From Trichomonas gallinae (lineage: Eukaryota), in contig MRSU01002376.1 of assembly GCA_008369845.1 (NCBI GenBank), forward strand, positions 1 through 37,251: DNA of 37,251 bases. Direction: 5' to 3'. Position 1 is the first letter of the stretch. Each line of letters begins with the position of its first letter. Position numbers and translations under genes: made by a program. The notes below the pieces were generated by a model. That model saw only the letters and a program-made list of their open reading frames with translations. It was not told the origin of the DNA and ran no database searches. Shown in pieces: positions 9,173-18,255 of the stretch.

Positions 9173-11719
9173 ATGGATCTTATTCAATTTTTACAAAACC
9201 CGGAATCATCTGAGGCAACAACTGCTTTTCAGCATGTAGTTGAAACATTTGATTCGGGTGAGATGTTTTTTAATACATTAAACTCAGAAAATCCGATAAT
9301 TGAAAATGAAAAATTATTAATCCCTTTTATAGGACTTTTTAAGTCATGGGTTTCAAATAATTGGAAACAATTCGAACCAAATCATAAAGAAACGTTTTAT
9401 GCTTTAATACAAGATAAATCGACCATCATAAATCTCGCTGATTTCATTGCTGATTACATCAAATCTGACGTTAATTGTCCTAGAATTTACGATAATTTCT
9501 TAATAACAGTCTTCACAAATTTATCAAATCCAGCTGAGTTATCGATTCATCAAGCTCGAGGATTTATCACTGTGATGCATGCTATAATTCGAAATTACAA
9601 AGTATCTGTGCCAGAAGAAGTACTTGATCTCGCTGAAGTTTATCCTAAATTTATGGAAATCGCAGTTCCTCTAGTGCAAAGCATTGATATTCGTAAATCA
9701 GAAGATGGTGCAATAATACTAGACGATATATTACAGACATTTTATATCATTTTCAATAGAGTTCAACCAGATCCGCAAGAATTAACTCCATTCCTCGAAT
9801 ATTGCAAATCCATTATCGATGCTTTTAGCACAGATGATTCACCTCATCCATTGGTTGTTGCATCATGTATTCGCTTCCTGCATCAAATTTTTAGGATACA
9901 ATTACTTAATGAATTCACAGAACCAATTAAAGTCGAGTTTTTCGGAGCTTTCATTCATCTACTTGACATATACATTCAGAAGCACATTGTGTCGAATATT
10001 TTATTGGAATCAATCCTTTATATCATTGAAGAATTAAAAGATTTTATTCCCGAAGACAACAGTTTAATAAATCTCTTTCTAGTGGCATCAGAGACTTCTC
10101 AACTCGATAGAAATGACTTGATGGTCAACCCTTCTACATTCTACTCGTCAGTTTATTCAACGGAATCAGGTAAATCTCCTCTAATGCTCGCTCGATCAAT
10201 AATTCATTTTATCGTTGATAAATACGATTCGTGTTTAGAGTATTTGGTTAGTTTAGAGCCAAACGAGCCCCTCTGCCGTCAAATTGCACACTGCGCAAAG
10301 ATAATTGCTGAGAAGGAAGATGGTGAAGAAGTATTAGTTCAGTGGGTATTAAAAGCTGTTTCACCAATTGCATCATCTGATTTTATTTTAGATACAAAAG
10401 ATCCAAATTCGATGCTTTCTGCTGCTTCACAGCTATTTTTGTTAGTTGCAACTGTAAAATACTTCCCAATCAGTGACTTATCTGCTATAATGGAGAATGT
10501 CGTGCCTCGATTCTTGAATGAAAATTACTCAATTTTAACAATCGCGTCATCGAAACTTTTGTACAAACTAATTAAACTCAGCATCAATCCTGAAATGGAA
10601 GCAATTGATGGATTGATAAGATCTATTGGTACATCATATTCCGATGAGCCGATGAAGTGCTTGAGGTTCCTCTGCGACATTCTTCCAAATGTCATGGAGA
10701 GAAAATCTATCGAAATATTAGGCGCGATTCATGATTATCTTGATTTGCAAGATTCAGAAGAAAACCAAGAACTTGTGATCGGATGCATTAAAATTATCAC
10801 AACACTCATTAAAAGGACACCCCAAGTTGGTCACAATTATGTCACAGACTTCGTGATGCAGCTTATTGAGCAAATATTAAGTTCAGATGATTCCGATCAA
10901 ATCGAAGACATTTTGTTGTTAATACAATCGATATTTTTAACACATTCAGATAAAATTACTGATATTCTTGGCATAATAATGGAGAGCTTAAGAGAAAATC
11001 CTAATATATTCGATTGTATTGATCAAATCATTTATACTTTTCTTCATTTTATCTCGAAATGTTTGGCAGAATCAGTCAAATTTAGCGAATTCAATATTTC
11101 ACTAGATCTGATTAATATCTTCATGGGATACATGACAGAAACAACGAATGGATCGTCAAGCACGCGTGTAATAACCACGCTTATTTACTGGATAATTCTC
11201 GTTGATGATCAAGTTAATCTTGAACCAGTTTTGAACTATGTACATCAATCATTTACAAAATTTAACAGACTCAAAGATATCGAAAAAATGAGCATCATGC
11301 AAATGTGGGCAGCCCTTTATCTAGCAAGGAATGTTGAAGTGCCTGAAGTAGCTTTTAACACTATAAGGGGTTTAGTCGATAATGGTTTCTGCATTGATGA
11401 CCAAGATTGTACATTATTTGCTGTTTTCTTGATGAAATTAATAGATAGTGGAGCACCTGCGGATTTAGTTATGCAGCCGATTTTAACTGCTGTCAATCAT
11501 AGAAATGAATGGATAGCTTGGGAGAAAGAAGATAGAGATAACTATATTAACGAAATAGGCGATAAATTCTCCGATGAATATCTACTGATGCTCAACATTG
11601 ATTTCCACGGGCCTCTTCATGTTTATAATATTGCTGAGCTTGTTGGCAATTCCATTGTTAAGTGTAGTGTTGACGGACTGTTTGAACTAAGAAATAAATT
11701 CCCTCAAAACTTCACTTAA
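9173..11719 (+). CDS. HEAT/ARM alpha-solenoid protein, probably importin-beta family (importin-7/8-like)
   Basis: About 848 aa, acidic, helical, Leu/Ile-rich; WVSNNW near the N-terminus and DLMVNPSTFY in the middle recall importin-7/8 features. ORF track starts at 9152; the second ATG (9173) is preferred. Family call is tentative. Confidence 0.55.
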   Translation: MDLIQFLQNPESSEATTAFQHVVETFDSGEMFFNTLNSENPIIENEKLLIPFIGLFKSWVSNNWKQFEPNHKETFYALIQDKSTIINLADFIADYIKSDVNCPRIYDNFLITVFTNLSNPAELSIHQARGFITVMHAIIRNYKVSVPEEVLDLAEVYPKFMEIAVPLVQSIDIRKSEDGAIILDDILQTFYIIFNRVQPDPQELTPFLEYCKSIIDAFSTDDSPHPLVVASCIRFLHQIFRIQLLNEFTEPIKVEFFGAFIHLLDIYIQKHIVSNILLESILYIIEELKDFIPEDNSLINLFLVASETSQLDRNDLMVNPSTFYSSVYSTESGKSPLMLARSIIHFIVDKYDSCLEYLVSLEPNEPLCRQIAHCAKIIAEKEDGEEVLVQWVLKAVSPIASSDFILDTKDPNSMLSAASQLFLLVATVKYFPISDLSAIMENVVPRFLNENYSILTIASSKLLYKLIKLSINPEMEAIDGLIRSIGTSYSDEPMKCLRFLCDILPNVMERKSIEILGAIHDYLDLQDSEENQELVIGCIKIITTLIKRTPQVGHNYVTDFVMQLIEQILSSDDSDQIEDILLLIQSIFLTHSDKITDILGIIMESLRENPNIFDCIDQIIYTFLHFISKCLAESVKFSEFNISLDLINIFMGYMTETTNGSSSTRVITTLIYWIILVDDQVNLEPVLNYVHQSFTKFNRLKDIEKMSIMQMWAALYLARNVEVPEVAFNTIRGLVDNGFCIDDQDCTLFAVFLMKLIDSGAPADLVMQPILTAVNHRNEWIAWEKEDRDNYINEIGDKFSDEYLLMLNIDFHGPLHVYNIAELVGNSIVKCSVDGLFELRNKFPQNFT

Positions 11720-11781
11720 AAATGAAAATAAATTTGTGATTTTAATTATGTTATAAATCAATGGTTTAAATCTGTATATAT

Positions 11782-11960
11782 GGTTATTTTATTGGATAAT
11801 GTTCAAATAATGAGACTAAAACAATAAAAATAAATTCAATAATCAAGTCAAGAAATAATTTTAATAATGTTATTAAAATATAGCAGAAATATGCATTTAA
11901 GGTTGTGTTATTGGATAATGTTCATATAATAAGACCTAATCTTTAAAATTAAAATCAATA
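11782..11960. repeat. Imperfect ~60-bp direct duplication (period 119 bp)
   Basis: GGTTATTTTATTGGATAATGTTCAAATAATGAGAC... (11782-11841) vs GGTTGTGTTATTGGATAATGTTCATATAATAAGAC... (11901-11960). Confidence 0.7.
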
Positions 11961-12045
11961 TTTTAAAAATGTTGTCAATTTCTCACCAAATTTAAAATTT
12001 AGCTCTTTATGGTTATGCTTGTGTTATATGTTGAATATCAGGAAT

Positions 12046-12054
12046 AAAAGTGAC
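12046..12054 (+). promoter_or_regulatory. AAAAGTGAC core-promoter/5'UTR motif
   Basis: Exact motif 4 nt before ATG 12059. The same motif lies ~30 nt upstream of the minus-strand gene at 14882 (14911-14919) and, reversed, at 25894 and 25921. Confidence 0.55.
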
Positions 12055-12058
12055 ATAA

Positions 12059-12604
12059 ATGAAGGTTGATTTTAGAACATTTACTAGTTATGGATTTTCT
12101 GTTGAAATGGATCCGGAAGAAACAATTTTAGATGCAAAAGCCAAGATAAGGGGTATGAGAAAATTCGAAACAGAAGATCTCCAATTTATTTATGGATCTC
12201 AAATCTTAAACGACACTGATAAAATCAAGGATTTAGACATGACTACCAACTCTTTCATCGTTTTGCATAATTTGAAGCGCCCAAAATTAGTTCCCATGGA
12301 TCCTGAAGTTCCAATAAATCCACCAGTTGTTGAAGCTCCTACGCCACCACCCGAACAAGAAGTTCCAGTGCCTCAAATACCAATTGATCCAACTTTATTG
12401 GAAGAATCACCTGAAGTTGCTCAACCAAAGTCAAAACATCGCAAAGATGACATTTACACATTCGCTGACCCTCCAAACTTCAATCAATTGGTAGCTAACC
12501 TCATGGAAATGGGATTACCAGAAGATGATTGCAAGTATGCTCTTCGTGCTTATAATTTCGATATAGAACGTGCGGCTAACTATTTATTTTCCTATATGCA
12601 GTGA
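12059..12604 (+). CDS. UBL-UBA protein (Rad23-like ubiquitin shuttle, short form)
   Basis: N-terminal ubiquitin-like domain (ETILDAKAKI...LQFIYGSQILND), Pro-rich linker, C-terminal UBA (LMEMGL...ALRAYNFDIERAANYL). Confidence 0.85.
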   Translation: MKVDFRTFTSYGFSVEMDPEETILDAKAKIRGMRKFETEDLQFIYGSQILNDTDKIKDLDMTTNSFIVLHNLKRPKLVPMDPEVPINPPVVEAPTPPPEQEVPVPQIPIDPTLLEESPEVAQPKSKHRKDDIYTFADPPNFNQLVANLMEMGLPEDDCKYALRAYNFDIERAANYLFSYMQ

Positions 12605-12644
12605 AATTACGCTTTTTAAAATTAATTGTTCTTAGAATTCAATA

Positions 12645-13080
12645 ATATTTCATATTTGTTTTCACGTTTAGGTTATAATTCAGTCTAAACTACCTACATC
12701 CTCAGACATTGCAAGCGTAAATCTACAAAATTCCAATAAATTAAGATTGAAATAGAAAAATTACAAAATAAAAAGCCTAGATTTTGATGCGTCATAGCAG
12801 CCGAACTCGTCCTACACATGAAAAGAACAAGAAAATGATTTAAATTGAACAAATTCACATTAATTCAACTTTTAAAATCGATTTAGTTTACAGGATACCT
12901 TCCATTGAATACAGCTGCTATGATGACACAAAATTCAAGCTTTTTGTTCTATATTTTCTGAATCAAATGAAATTTATTGGAATTTCGCATATTTACGCTT
13001 GTGCTATATGAGTACATATGTTAATTGGATTGAATTATATCTTTAGAATGGAGTATTTGAGAGAGATAAAAATGAAACAG
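12645..13080. mobile_element. Decayed long inverted repeat (foldback / MITE-like element)
   Basis: Arm 12663-12801 aligns with the reverse complement of 12914-13050; core 28/31 identical (CAAGCGTAAATCTACAAAATTCCAATAAATT vs CAAGCGTAAATATGCGAAATTCCAATAAATT); inner ends TCATAGCAGC/GCTGCTATGA perfect. The IR is directly visible; mobile origin and outer boundaries are inferred, and no TSD was identified. Confidence 0.55.
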
Positions 13081-13225
13081 CTTTGATTAATGCTTCAGAA
13101 AAATGAAGTAACGACGAATATGGGATTTTATTGGTGTGATCGAATATATCCATCCTGTAGATCTCAAATATAAAAAAGTTGGCCGCTTAAATTCTATGTC
13201 GAAAATTTTTGTCAAATTTGTAAAA

Positions 13226-14308
13226 ATGTTGATTTACTTTTTTTCTATTTCCCTTGTGTATCCTTCGTATAGCTATGTCGATGACAGTGTCTTCGACAAA
13301 GGCCTCACTGAAGGCAAAGTAGAAATTAAGCAAATTCTTAATAATTATGATGAAGTCAGCGAAAATCAACAGCCAATTTACACAAGCAAAGGAAAACAAG
13401 TTCTCGGATTCGTAACACCATGGAATAAAGACGGATATCGCTTAGCAGAAGAGTTTGGAAACAAATTTTCGATTATTGTTCCAACATGGTTATTCGCCGA
13501 GATTGAAGACAAGCAATTCGTCATCAAAGGAACAGATGCTGTCGATACAAACTGGCTTGCATCAATGAAAGCAAAGCATCCAAAAACATTAATCGCGCCA
13601 CGTTTAATTTTCCAAATCAATCCACAAGTCTTCTACCAATCGAATAAACAAATCTTTGGACAATTCAGACAATCAATTGGGGCAATAATTGAATCTTATG
13701 GATTTGATGCAATCTTTTTAGAAGTTCCAAACTACGTCATGCATCCACAAACTTGCCAATATGTTCCAGCTTTGGTCAAAGAAATCCGCTATGCCTTTGG
13801 CCGCAAGAAAGGAAAAGTTTTCTGCGAAATGCCAACGATTTTCAGGGGATACACAGACGATGTCGGCAGCGACTTAAAGAAGATAGCTAATCAAGCGGAT
13901 TTTATCTATATGTCAGCCTACGAAATTCCAGGCGCATCTGCAATTTGTCCAAAGAACGGAATTGAGCAAGTTTTCCAGTGGCTCAAGAAGAGTGGGATAC
14001 CAAGCAAGAAGTTCATGGTCGGTCTTCCATTCTTTGGAATGGACTTTGGTGGATCTTCACAGCCAACATATGTTGAAGGCCTTAAATTTGTGCAAACACT
14101 GAATGAGTCGAAGGTCACACCTAAATTATTGAAGCAATACGAAGAAACAGCCTACTTTTACACTAGAAATGGCAGATCACATCAAATGTTTTACCCATCT
14201 CTCCAGGATTTGGACGCGCGTATGAAGCTTATTGACAAGGAAAATATCGCCGGTTTTGGAATTTGGGAATTAGCACAGGGTTTACCGTATTTCTTCGATC
14301 TTCTCTAA
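13226..14308 (+). CDS. CHID1: Chitinase-domain-containing protein (GH18, CHID1/SI-CLP-like), likely secreted and catalytically degenerate
   Basis: VLGFVTPWNKDGY...FGNKFSIIVPTW, GLPFFG, FYPSL and GFGIWELAQGLPYFFDLL match CHID1. ATG 13226 gives a signal-peptide-like MLIYFFSISLVYPS; the ORF-track start at 13136 is a GTG and is probably too early. Confidence 0.85.
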   Translation: MLIYFFSISLVYPSYSYVDDSVFDKGLTEGKVEIKQILNNYDEVSENQQPIYTSKGKQVLGFVTPWNKDGYRLAEEFGNKFSIIVPTWLFAEIEDKQFVIKGTDAVDTNWLASMKAKHPKTLIAPRLIFQINPQVFYQSNKQIFGQFRQSIGAIIESYGFDAIFLEVPNYVMHPQTCQYVPALVKEIRYAFGRKKGKVFCEMPTIFRGYTDDVGSDLKKIANQADFIYMSAYEIPGASAICPKNGIEQVFQWLKKSGIPSKKFMVGLPFFGMDFGGSSQPTYVEGLKFVQTLNESKVTPKLLKQYEETAYFYTRNGRSHQMFYPSLQDLDARMKLIDKENIAGFGIWELAQGLPYFFDLL

Positions 14309-14468
14309 AAATTTAGAATTTCTGCTTTCTAATTTACTAGCTTTTTGAGATACTATCTAAATACATACAGAGAAAAGACTTAGATAAAGAAATAAAAATT
14401 GTGGATTTTCTATTTATTAATAAATCTTTATAAGATATACAAAACTGATTAATTTGCGTAGAATGGGA

Positions 14469-14882
14469 TTACTTTTCCTCTTCTTTAGCTTCTTCCTTTG
14501 GTTCTTCTTTAACTTCATTTTGAACAAGTGGTTCGCGAGCGCCTTCGACGTTAATAGCCAACTGGCCGCCCAAATATCCAGCAACGTGGACTGACGCCTT
14601 AGCTCCTTTAATCGTAAATATAATTTCGTCACCCTCGACGAAGTCTAATTCGACTGTTGTTGACTCAAATGATCCGAGAACAAACGGAGCAATTGCAATT
14701 TCCTCGCCTCCGTTAACTTTTGCATATAAAACGAGACGGCCAGTTTCTGGTGTGAAATCTTCGCGGCCAACGCAGAGATTTGTGATGGTAAGGGAAGCTC
14801 CATCCGGAATAGTCACCTTGCACGGTCTCTCGCAGGAAACAATCGTGCTCCAAATGGTTGAAAATTCTATTGGAAGCTGCAT
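14469..14882 (-). CDS. Nucleoplasmin-like (NPL) domain protein with acidic tail; putative histone chaperone
   Basis: 137 aa; LTITNLC...LYAKV...VELDFVEGDEIIFTIKG...VHVAGY fits the NPL fold of FKBP39/HD2 type; Glu/Lys-rich tail. Confidence 0.8.
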   Translation of the reverse strand: MQLPIEFSTIWSTIVSCERPCKVTIPDGASLTITNLCVGREDFTPETGRLVLYAKVNGGEEIAIAPFVLGSFESTTVELDFVEGDEIIFTIKGAKASVHVAGYLGGQLAINVEGAREPLVQNEVKEEPKEEAKEEEK

Positions 14883-14957
14883 TTAGGCAATTTACAATAA
14901 TCGTCGAGAAGTCACTTTTAAAAAATAATCGTCATTAATTTACAATAATCGTATTTT

Positions 14958-15145
14958 TGACAAATAAATATTTTGTAAATTTTACCTGGCAAATTTATAA
15001 CAAATAAACTTTTTTGATTTGTTTATATGTCAAAAAGAAAATAATTTTTAATGTGACAAATAAATTTTTTAACTAGTTTATATCTCAAAAGATTAAAAAA
15101 AGATGATTTGACAAATAAATTTTTTGATTGGTTTATTTGTCAAAA
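14958..15145. repeat. Tandem array of ~37-bp palindromic units in a divergent promoter
   Basis: Units at 14998, 15054 and 15109 (period 55-56), half-unit at 14958; best copy TTTGACAAATAAA-N12-TTTATTTGTCAAA (15107-15144) is a perfect 13-bp IR. Confidence 0.75.
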
Positions 15146-15284
15146 ATATGCTATAATATTTTATTTGACAAAATATGTTTACAAAACTGATTATTTGACT
15201 AGTAAATTTGCAAATTGAATATTATATTTACAATAATCGTTAAAATGACAAAAAAAATATTATATTTGACATATAAAATTCTTG

Positions 15285-16214
15285 ATGAATGTGAGGCGGT
15301 TTCCAATCCGTACTCTACGTTCTAATGCTGAAACACCGAATATATATAAGGACAATGAGATTGAGAAACTAAAAAAACAGATCGTGGAAGTAGAAAATGA
15401 TATTAGACAAAAAACGAATCTATTTCGACAAAAATCTGAAACAAATCAGAAACTTATAGATACCAAAGAGTTGTATTTGCAAAATTTAACAGTTGCAGCA
15501 ATGCAGAGACCAGATAATGACACATTTGAAAAAAATAATCGTTTAAAAAAGATCTTTGAAGATACTAATTCGATTACGACCGACACACGAAAAATTGTTG
15601 AAACAATAGATCGAAATATTCGTGTTTACAACAAATATCTTGTAGATTCACAATATATTATGAAAATATTACCAAATGAAACAGAGAATGTATACGACTT
15701 TGCCGTGAAGATGATAATGCATAAGTTTTCGCAAGTTGTAAATCAAAATGAAGCAAAAATTTTAAATTTAGAAGCTGAAATACAGGATCAGGAAGATGAG
15801 AAGGAGACAATTGAAGGGATTTTGAATCAACTTACATCTGAAAACACAGGATTTGAAAACGAAATCGCAAGTTTGCAGACCAAAATTGATCAAATTGAAA
15901 ATCAAATGCAATATAACAAAGCAACTCAAGAAAAACTTAAAGCTTCGAACTCACAACCATTAGCAGAGCTAAAACGACAAATTAGCTTAATAAAACATGA
16001 AAGAAAAACATTGATCAAAGCGGAAGATAGAAAAAATTTCAAAATATTTCAAGAATTAAAAGAAGAAACATCCAAACTACGTCTACAATCAGCTTCTAAA
16101 GCAACAGAAATTAGTAATCTTAGAAATCAAAACCAAAAACTAAATAACGATATAAGGACCGCAAGAATGAACGCACTCAACCAAAATAGTTTGGATACTC
16201 TTAATCGATTTTGA
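15285..16214 (+). CDS. Hypothetical coiled-coil protein
   Basis: 309 aa from the first ATG (track start 15282 is TTG); heptad-like E/K/Q/L-rich sequence, no recognisable domain. Confidence 0.7.
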   Translation: MNVRRFPIRTLRSNAETPNIYKDNEIEKLKKQIVEVENDIRQKTNLFRQKSETNQKLIDTKELYLQNLTVAAMQRPDNDTFEKNNRLKKIFEDTNSITTDTRKIVETIDRNIRVYNKYLVDSQYIMKILPNETENVYDFAVKMIMHKFSQVVNQNEAKILNLEAEIQDQEDEKETIEGILNQLTSENTGFENEIASLQTKIDQIENQMQYNKATQEKLKASNSQPLAELKRQISLIKHERKTLIKAEDRKNFKIFQELKEETSKLRLQSASKATEISNLRNQNQKLNNDIRTARMNALNQNSLDTLNRF

Positions 16215-16475
16215 ATTATCTAAAATTGTTTGTATTTATGTATTTAATTTTATATTATTTTTTTCTGATACTTCATAATAGCAACATTCCAGCCAGAAAA
16301 TCGAATTAATGATTCCAAATTGGTTTGTGTCTTAAATAAATTTAAGAATATAAAAACGAGTAAGTTGGATAAAAAAATAGCGTTGATGGTGTGTTATGCT
16401 TGTAATATGCTGTTAAATTCACATGGAATGGCGAGAAAAAAAAAAAGAAAATTAAAATTCTCTATCATTGAATAG

Positions 16476-16600
16476 CATTGTTAGCAACAGTCGGCGCGAG
16501 GTAGAACACTCTGCTCGCTTCTTATGCTGCTCGGATTTTACACAGAAATTGACTCCAGGCACCGACCCTTCGTCGCTCCCCGTGGTTGTTTGATTCTGAT
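16476..16600 (-). ncRNA. Candidate structured ncRNA: long irregular hairpin ending in ACA-NNN (H/ACA-like, family unassigned)
   Basis: About 56% GC island (58/103 nt, 16483-16585) in AT-rich flanks; four nested helices containing 7 G-U pairs that form only on the minus strand; M3-like AACGGTTT upstream (16614-16607); T11 run downstream (16446-16436). Confidence 0.5.
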
Positions 16601-17007
16601 GAACCAAAACCGTTTTCTTTGACCAATACTTTTTATTTTCTTGATTTTGTTATGTTTTTATTCTCATCTTATTTCATTATTGATTTTTATACTAAAATTA
16701 TACTTTTTTGATGAAAATCAAGACATAATCCTATGATAATATATGAATTTTTTGTTTGATATATTAAATATCTCTATAATGAAATAATATTTATTATATA
16801 TTTTCAGGATTAAATGCAGTTTTATCTAAGATTTTTTCAATTTTTATAAAATATCATATTATTTTTAATATATTTTATTTGTCTTTTTTGATTCTCAAGT
16901 TAAATTCACAACTGATAAACTTAGATTCATGGATTTTCATAACAAGCAAGGTATTTGTAGTATAAAGGAAATATAATTAAAAGATATTAAATAATAAATT
17001 TAATATG

Positions 17008-18255
17008 TTACATTCCATTGAAAATTCTCTCAATAGCAATGTTGACATTGCCATTGGAAGCAAGGAGAGCACGGATATTCTTTTCGTTATCGTTAAGACC
17101 CATTTCGTTCATGATCTGAAGCTGTGTGCGGAAGCGCTCTTCATTAGAGACAGCTGGAGCTGGAGCTGGGGCTGGAGCAGCGGCGGCAGCAGCTGGAGCA
17201 GCAGACTGGCCGAGGTCCTGGACGGATGGGAAAACATTAACACCCTCCTTCCTGAGAGCGCGGCAAGCCTCGACGAACTGGTGCATAGCCTTAGAACCAT
17301 TTGCTGTAGAAAGCTTCTGCTTGATTTCAACAGTTTCTGTAATTCCTGTAAGATTGTAGAAGACCTTCAATTCGTCGTCAGCTGGAGCAGCTGTTGAAGT
17401 AGCTGGTGCTGATGCTGCTGCGCCACCGAATGTATTGCCTAATCCACCTAATCCAGCAAGTGGGCCTTCAGAGAGCATTCTCATAGCATCCTGCATTGCC
17501 TGTGGATTGTTTATTAAGCGCTGATATTCTGGGTTTTGCATGAGAGCGTTGAAATCGAATCCGAATGGGTTGTATGGATTCTGGGCACCAACACCGGCGC
17601 CTGCCCCAGCGTTAGCACCAGCACTAGCAGCGCCACCACCGCCGAACTGGCGCATCATTTCCATACCTTGTTGCAACATTTCTGGGTTGTTAAGGATCAT
17701 TTCAACTTGTGAACGCATGGCTGGGTTGTTAGCGAACATTGGGTTGTTCTCAATCATTTGGCGGAACATTTCTGGGTTTTGCACCATCTGATCCATCATC
17801 TGTTGAACCATTGGGTTGTTCATCATAGCACTGACTTGGCTTAGATCAAAACCGAATGGGTTGTTGCCAGCACCGCCCATAAATCCAGCAAAAGGATTAC
17901 CGCCGGCTGCAAATGGGTTTGGCTGTGGTGGAGCCTGAACATTTGGAAGTGGGTTGCTTGGAATAGCAGATGGAGCTGGCTGAGCTGGCTGAGCTGGCGC
18001 TGGTTGAGCGGCTGGCTTTGGAGCTGGTCTGCCAACAGCGACAACCATATGGATTGCGTGGCCATCTGGGATGTTGTAGTCAGCAACTGTCTGATTGTCG
18101 ACAAGAATCTTGCCTGAGTAGATTAATCTGATTTTTGATGCCTCGAGTTGACGAGCAGCTGCAATTTTTTCCTTGAGCTGGAGGATTGTGGTCTCTGGGC
18201 CGTCGAATTCGATGTCGAAGCTGACGTTCTGGCTGCCTTTGACTTGGAGCTTCAT
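17008..18255 (-). CDS. DSK2: Ubiquilin/Dsk2-like UBL-STI1-UBA protein
   Basis: N-terminal UBL (TILQLKEKI...RLIYSGKILVD), Met/Asn/Pro-rich STI1 repeats (MMNNPMVQQM, NPEMFRQM), C-terminal UBA (RFRTQLQIMNEMGL...NIRALLASNGNVNIAIERI). ATG 18255 is preferred over the non-ATG track start at 18333. Confidence 0.9.
   Translation of the reverse strand: MKLQVKGSQNVSFDIEFDGPETTILQLKEKIAAARQLEASKIRLIYSGKILVDNQTVADYNIPDGHAIHMVVAVGRPAPKPAAQPAPAQPAQPAPSAIPSNPLPNVQAPPQPNPFAAGGNPFAGFMGGAGNNPFGFDLSQVSAMMNNPMVQQMMDQMVQNPEMFRQMIENNPMFANNPAMRSQVEMILNNPEMLQQGMEMMRQFGGGGAASAGANAGAGAGVGAQNPYNPFGFDFNALMQNPEYQRLINNPQAMQDAMRMLSEGPLAGLGGLGNTFGGAAASAPATSTAAPADDELKVFYNLTGITETVEIKQKLSTANGSKAMHQFVEACRALRKEGVNVFPSVQDLGQSAAPAAAAAAPAPAPAPAVSNEERFRTQLQIMNEMGLNDNEKNIRALLASNGNVNIAIERIFNGM

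Noticed and set aside
14998..15145. CRISPR array (palindromic repeats with unique spacers)
   Set aside because: Eukaryotic context, no cas genes, only three degenerate units and 18-bp AT-rich spacers; better explained as a promoter repeat array
16476..16614. Assignment of the GC island to U1/U2/U3/U4/U5, RNase P/MRP, SRP RNA, tRNA or telomerase RNA
   Set aside because: Only fragmentary resemblances: CAGAAUCA is like U3 box A but there are no C/D boxes; GAAGGGUCGGUG is like RNase P CR-I but there is no room for P2/P3 or the S-domain; AGCAG lacks the SRP CAGG-GNRA helix; no ACUUAC, GUAGUA or CCUUUUAC; no cloverleaf; no repeat template
12059..18255. Functional ubiquitin-shuttle gene cluster (Rad23-like plus Dsk2-like)
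   Set aside because: Separated by three unrelated genes, on opposite strands and not similar enough to be a recent duplication; proximity is probably chance
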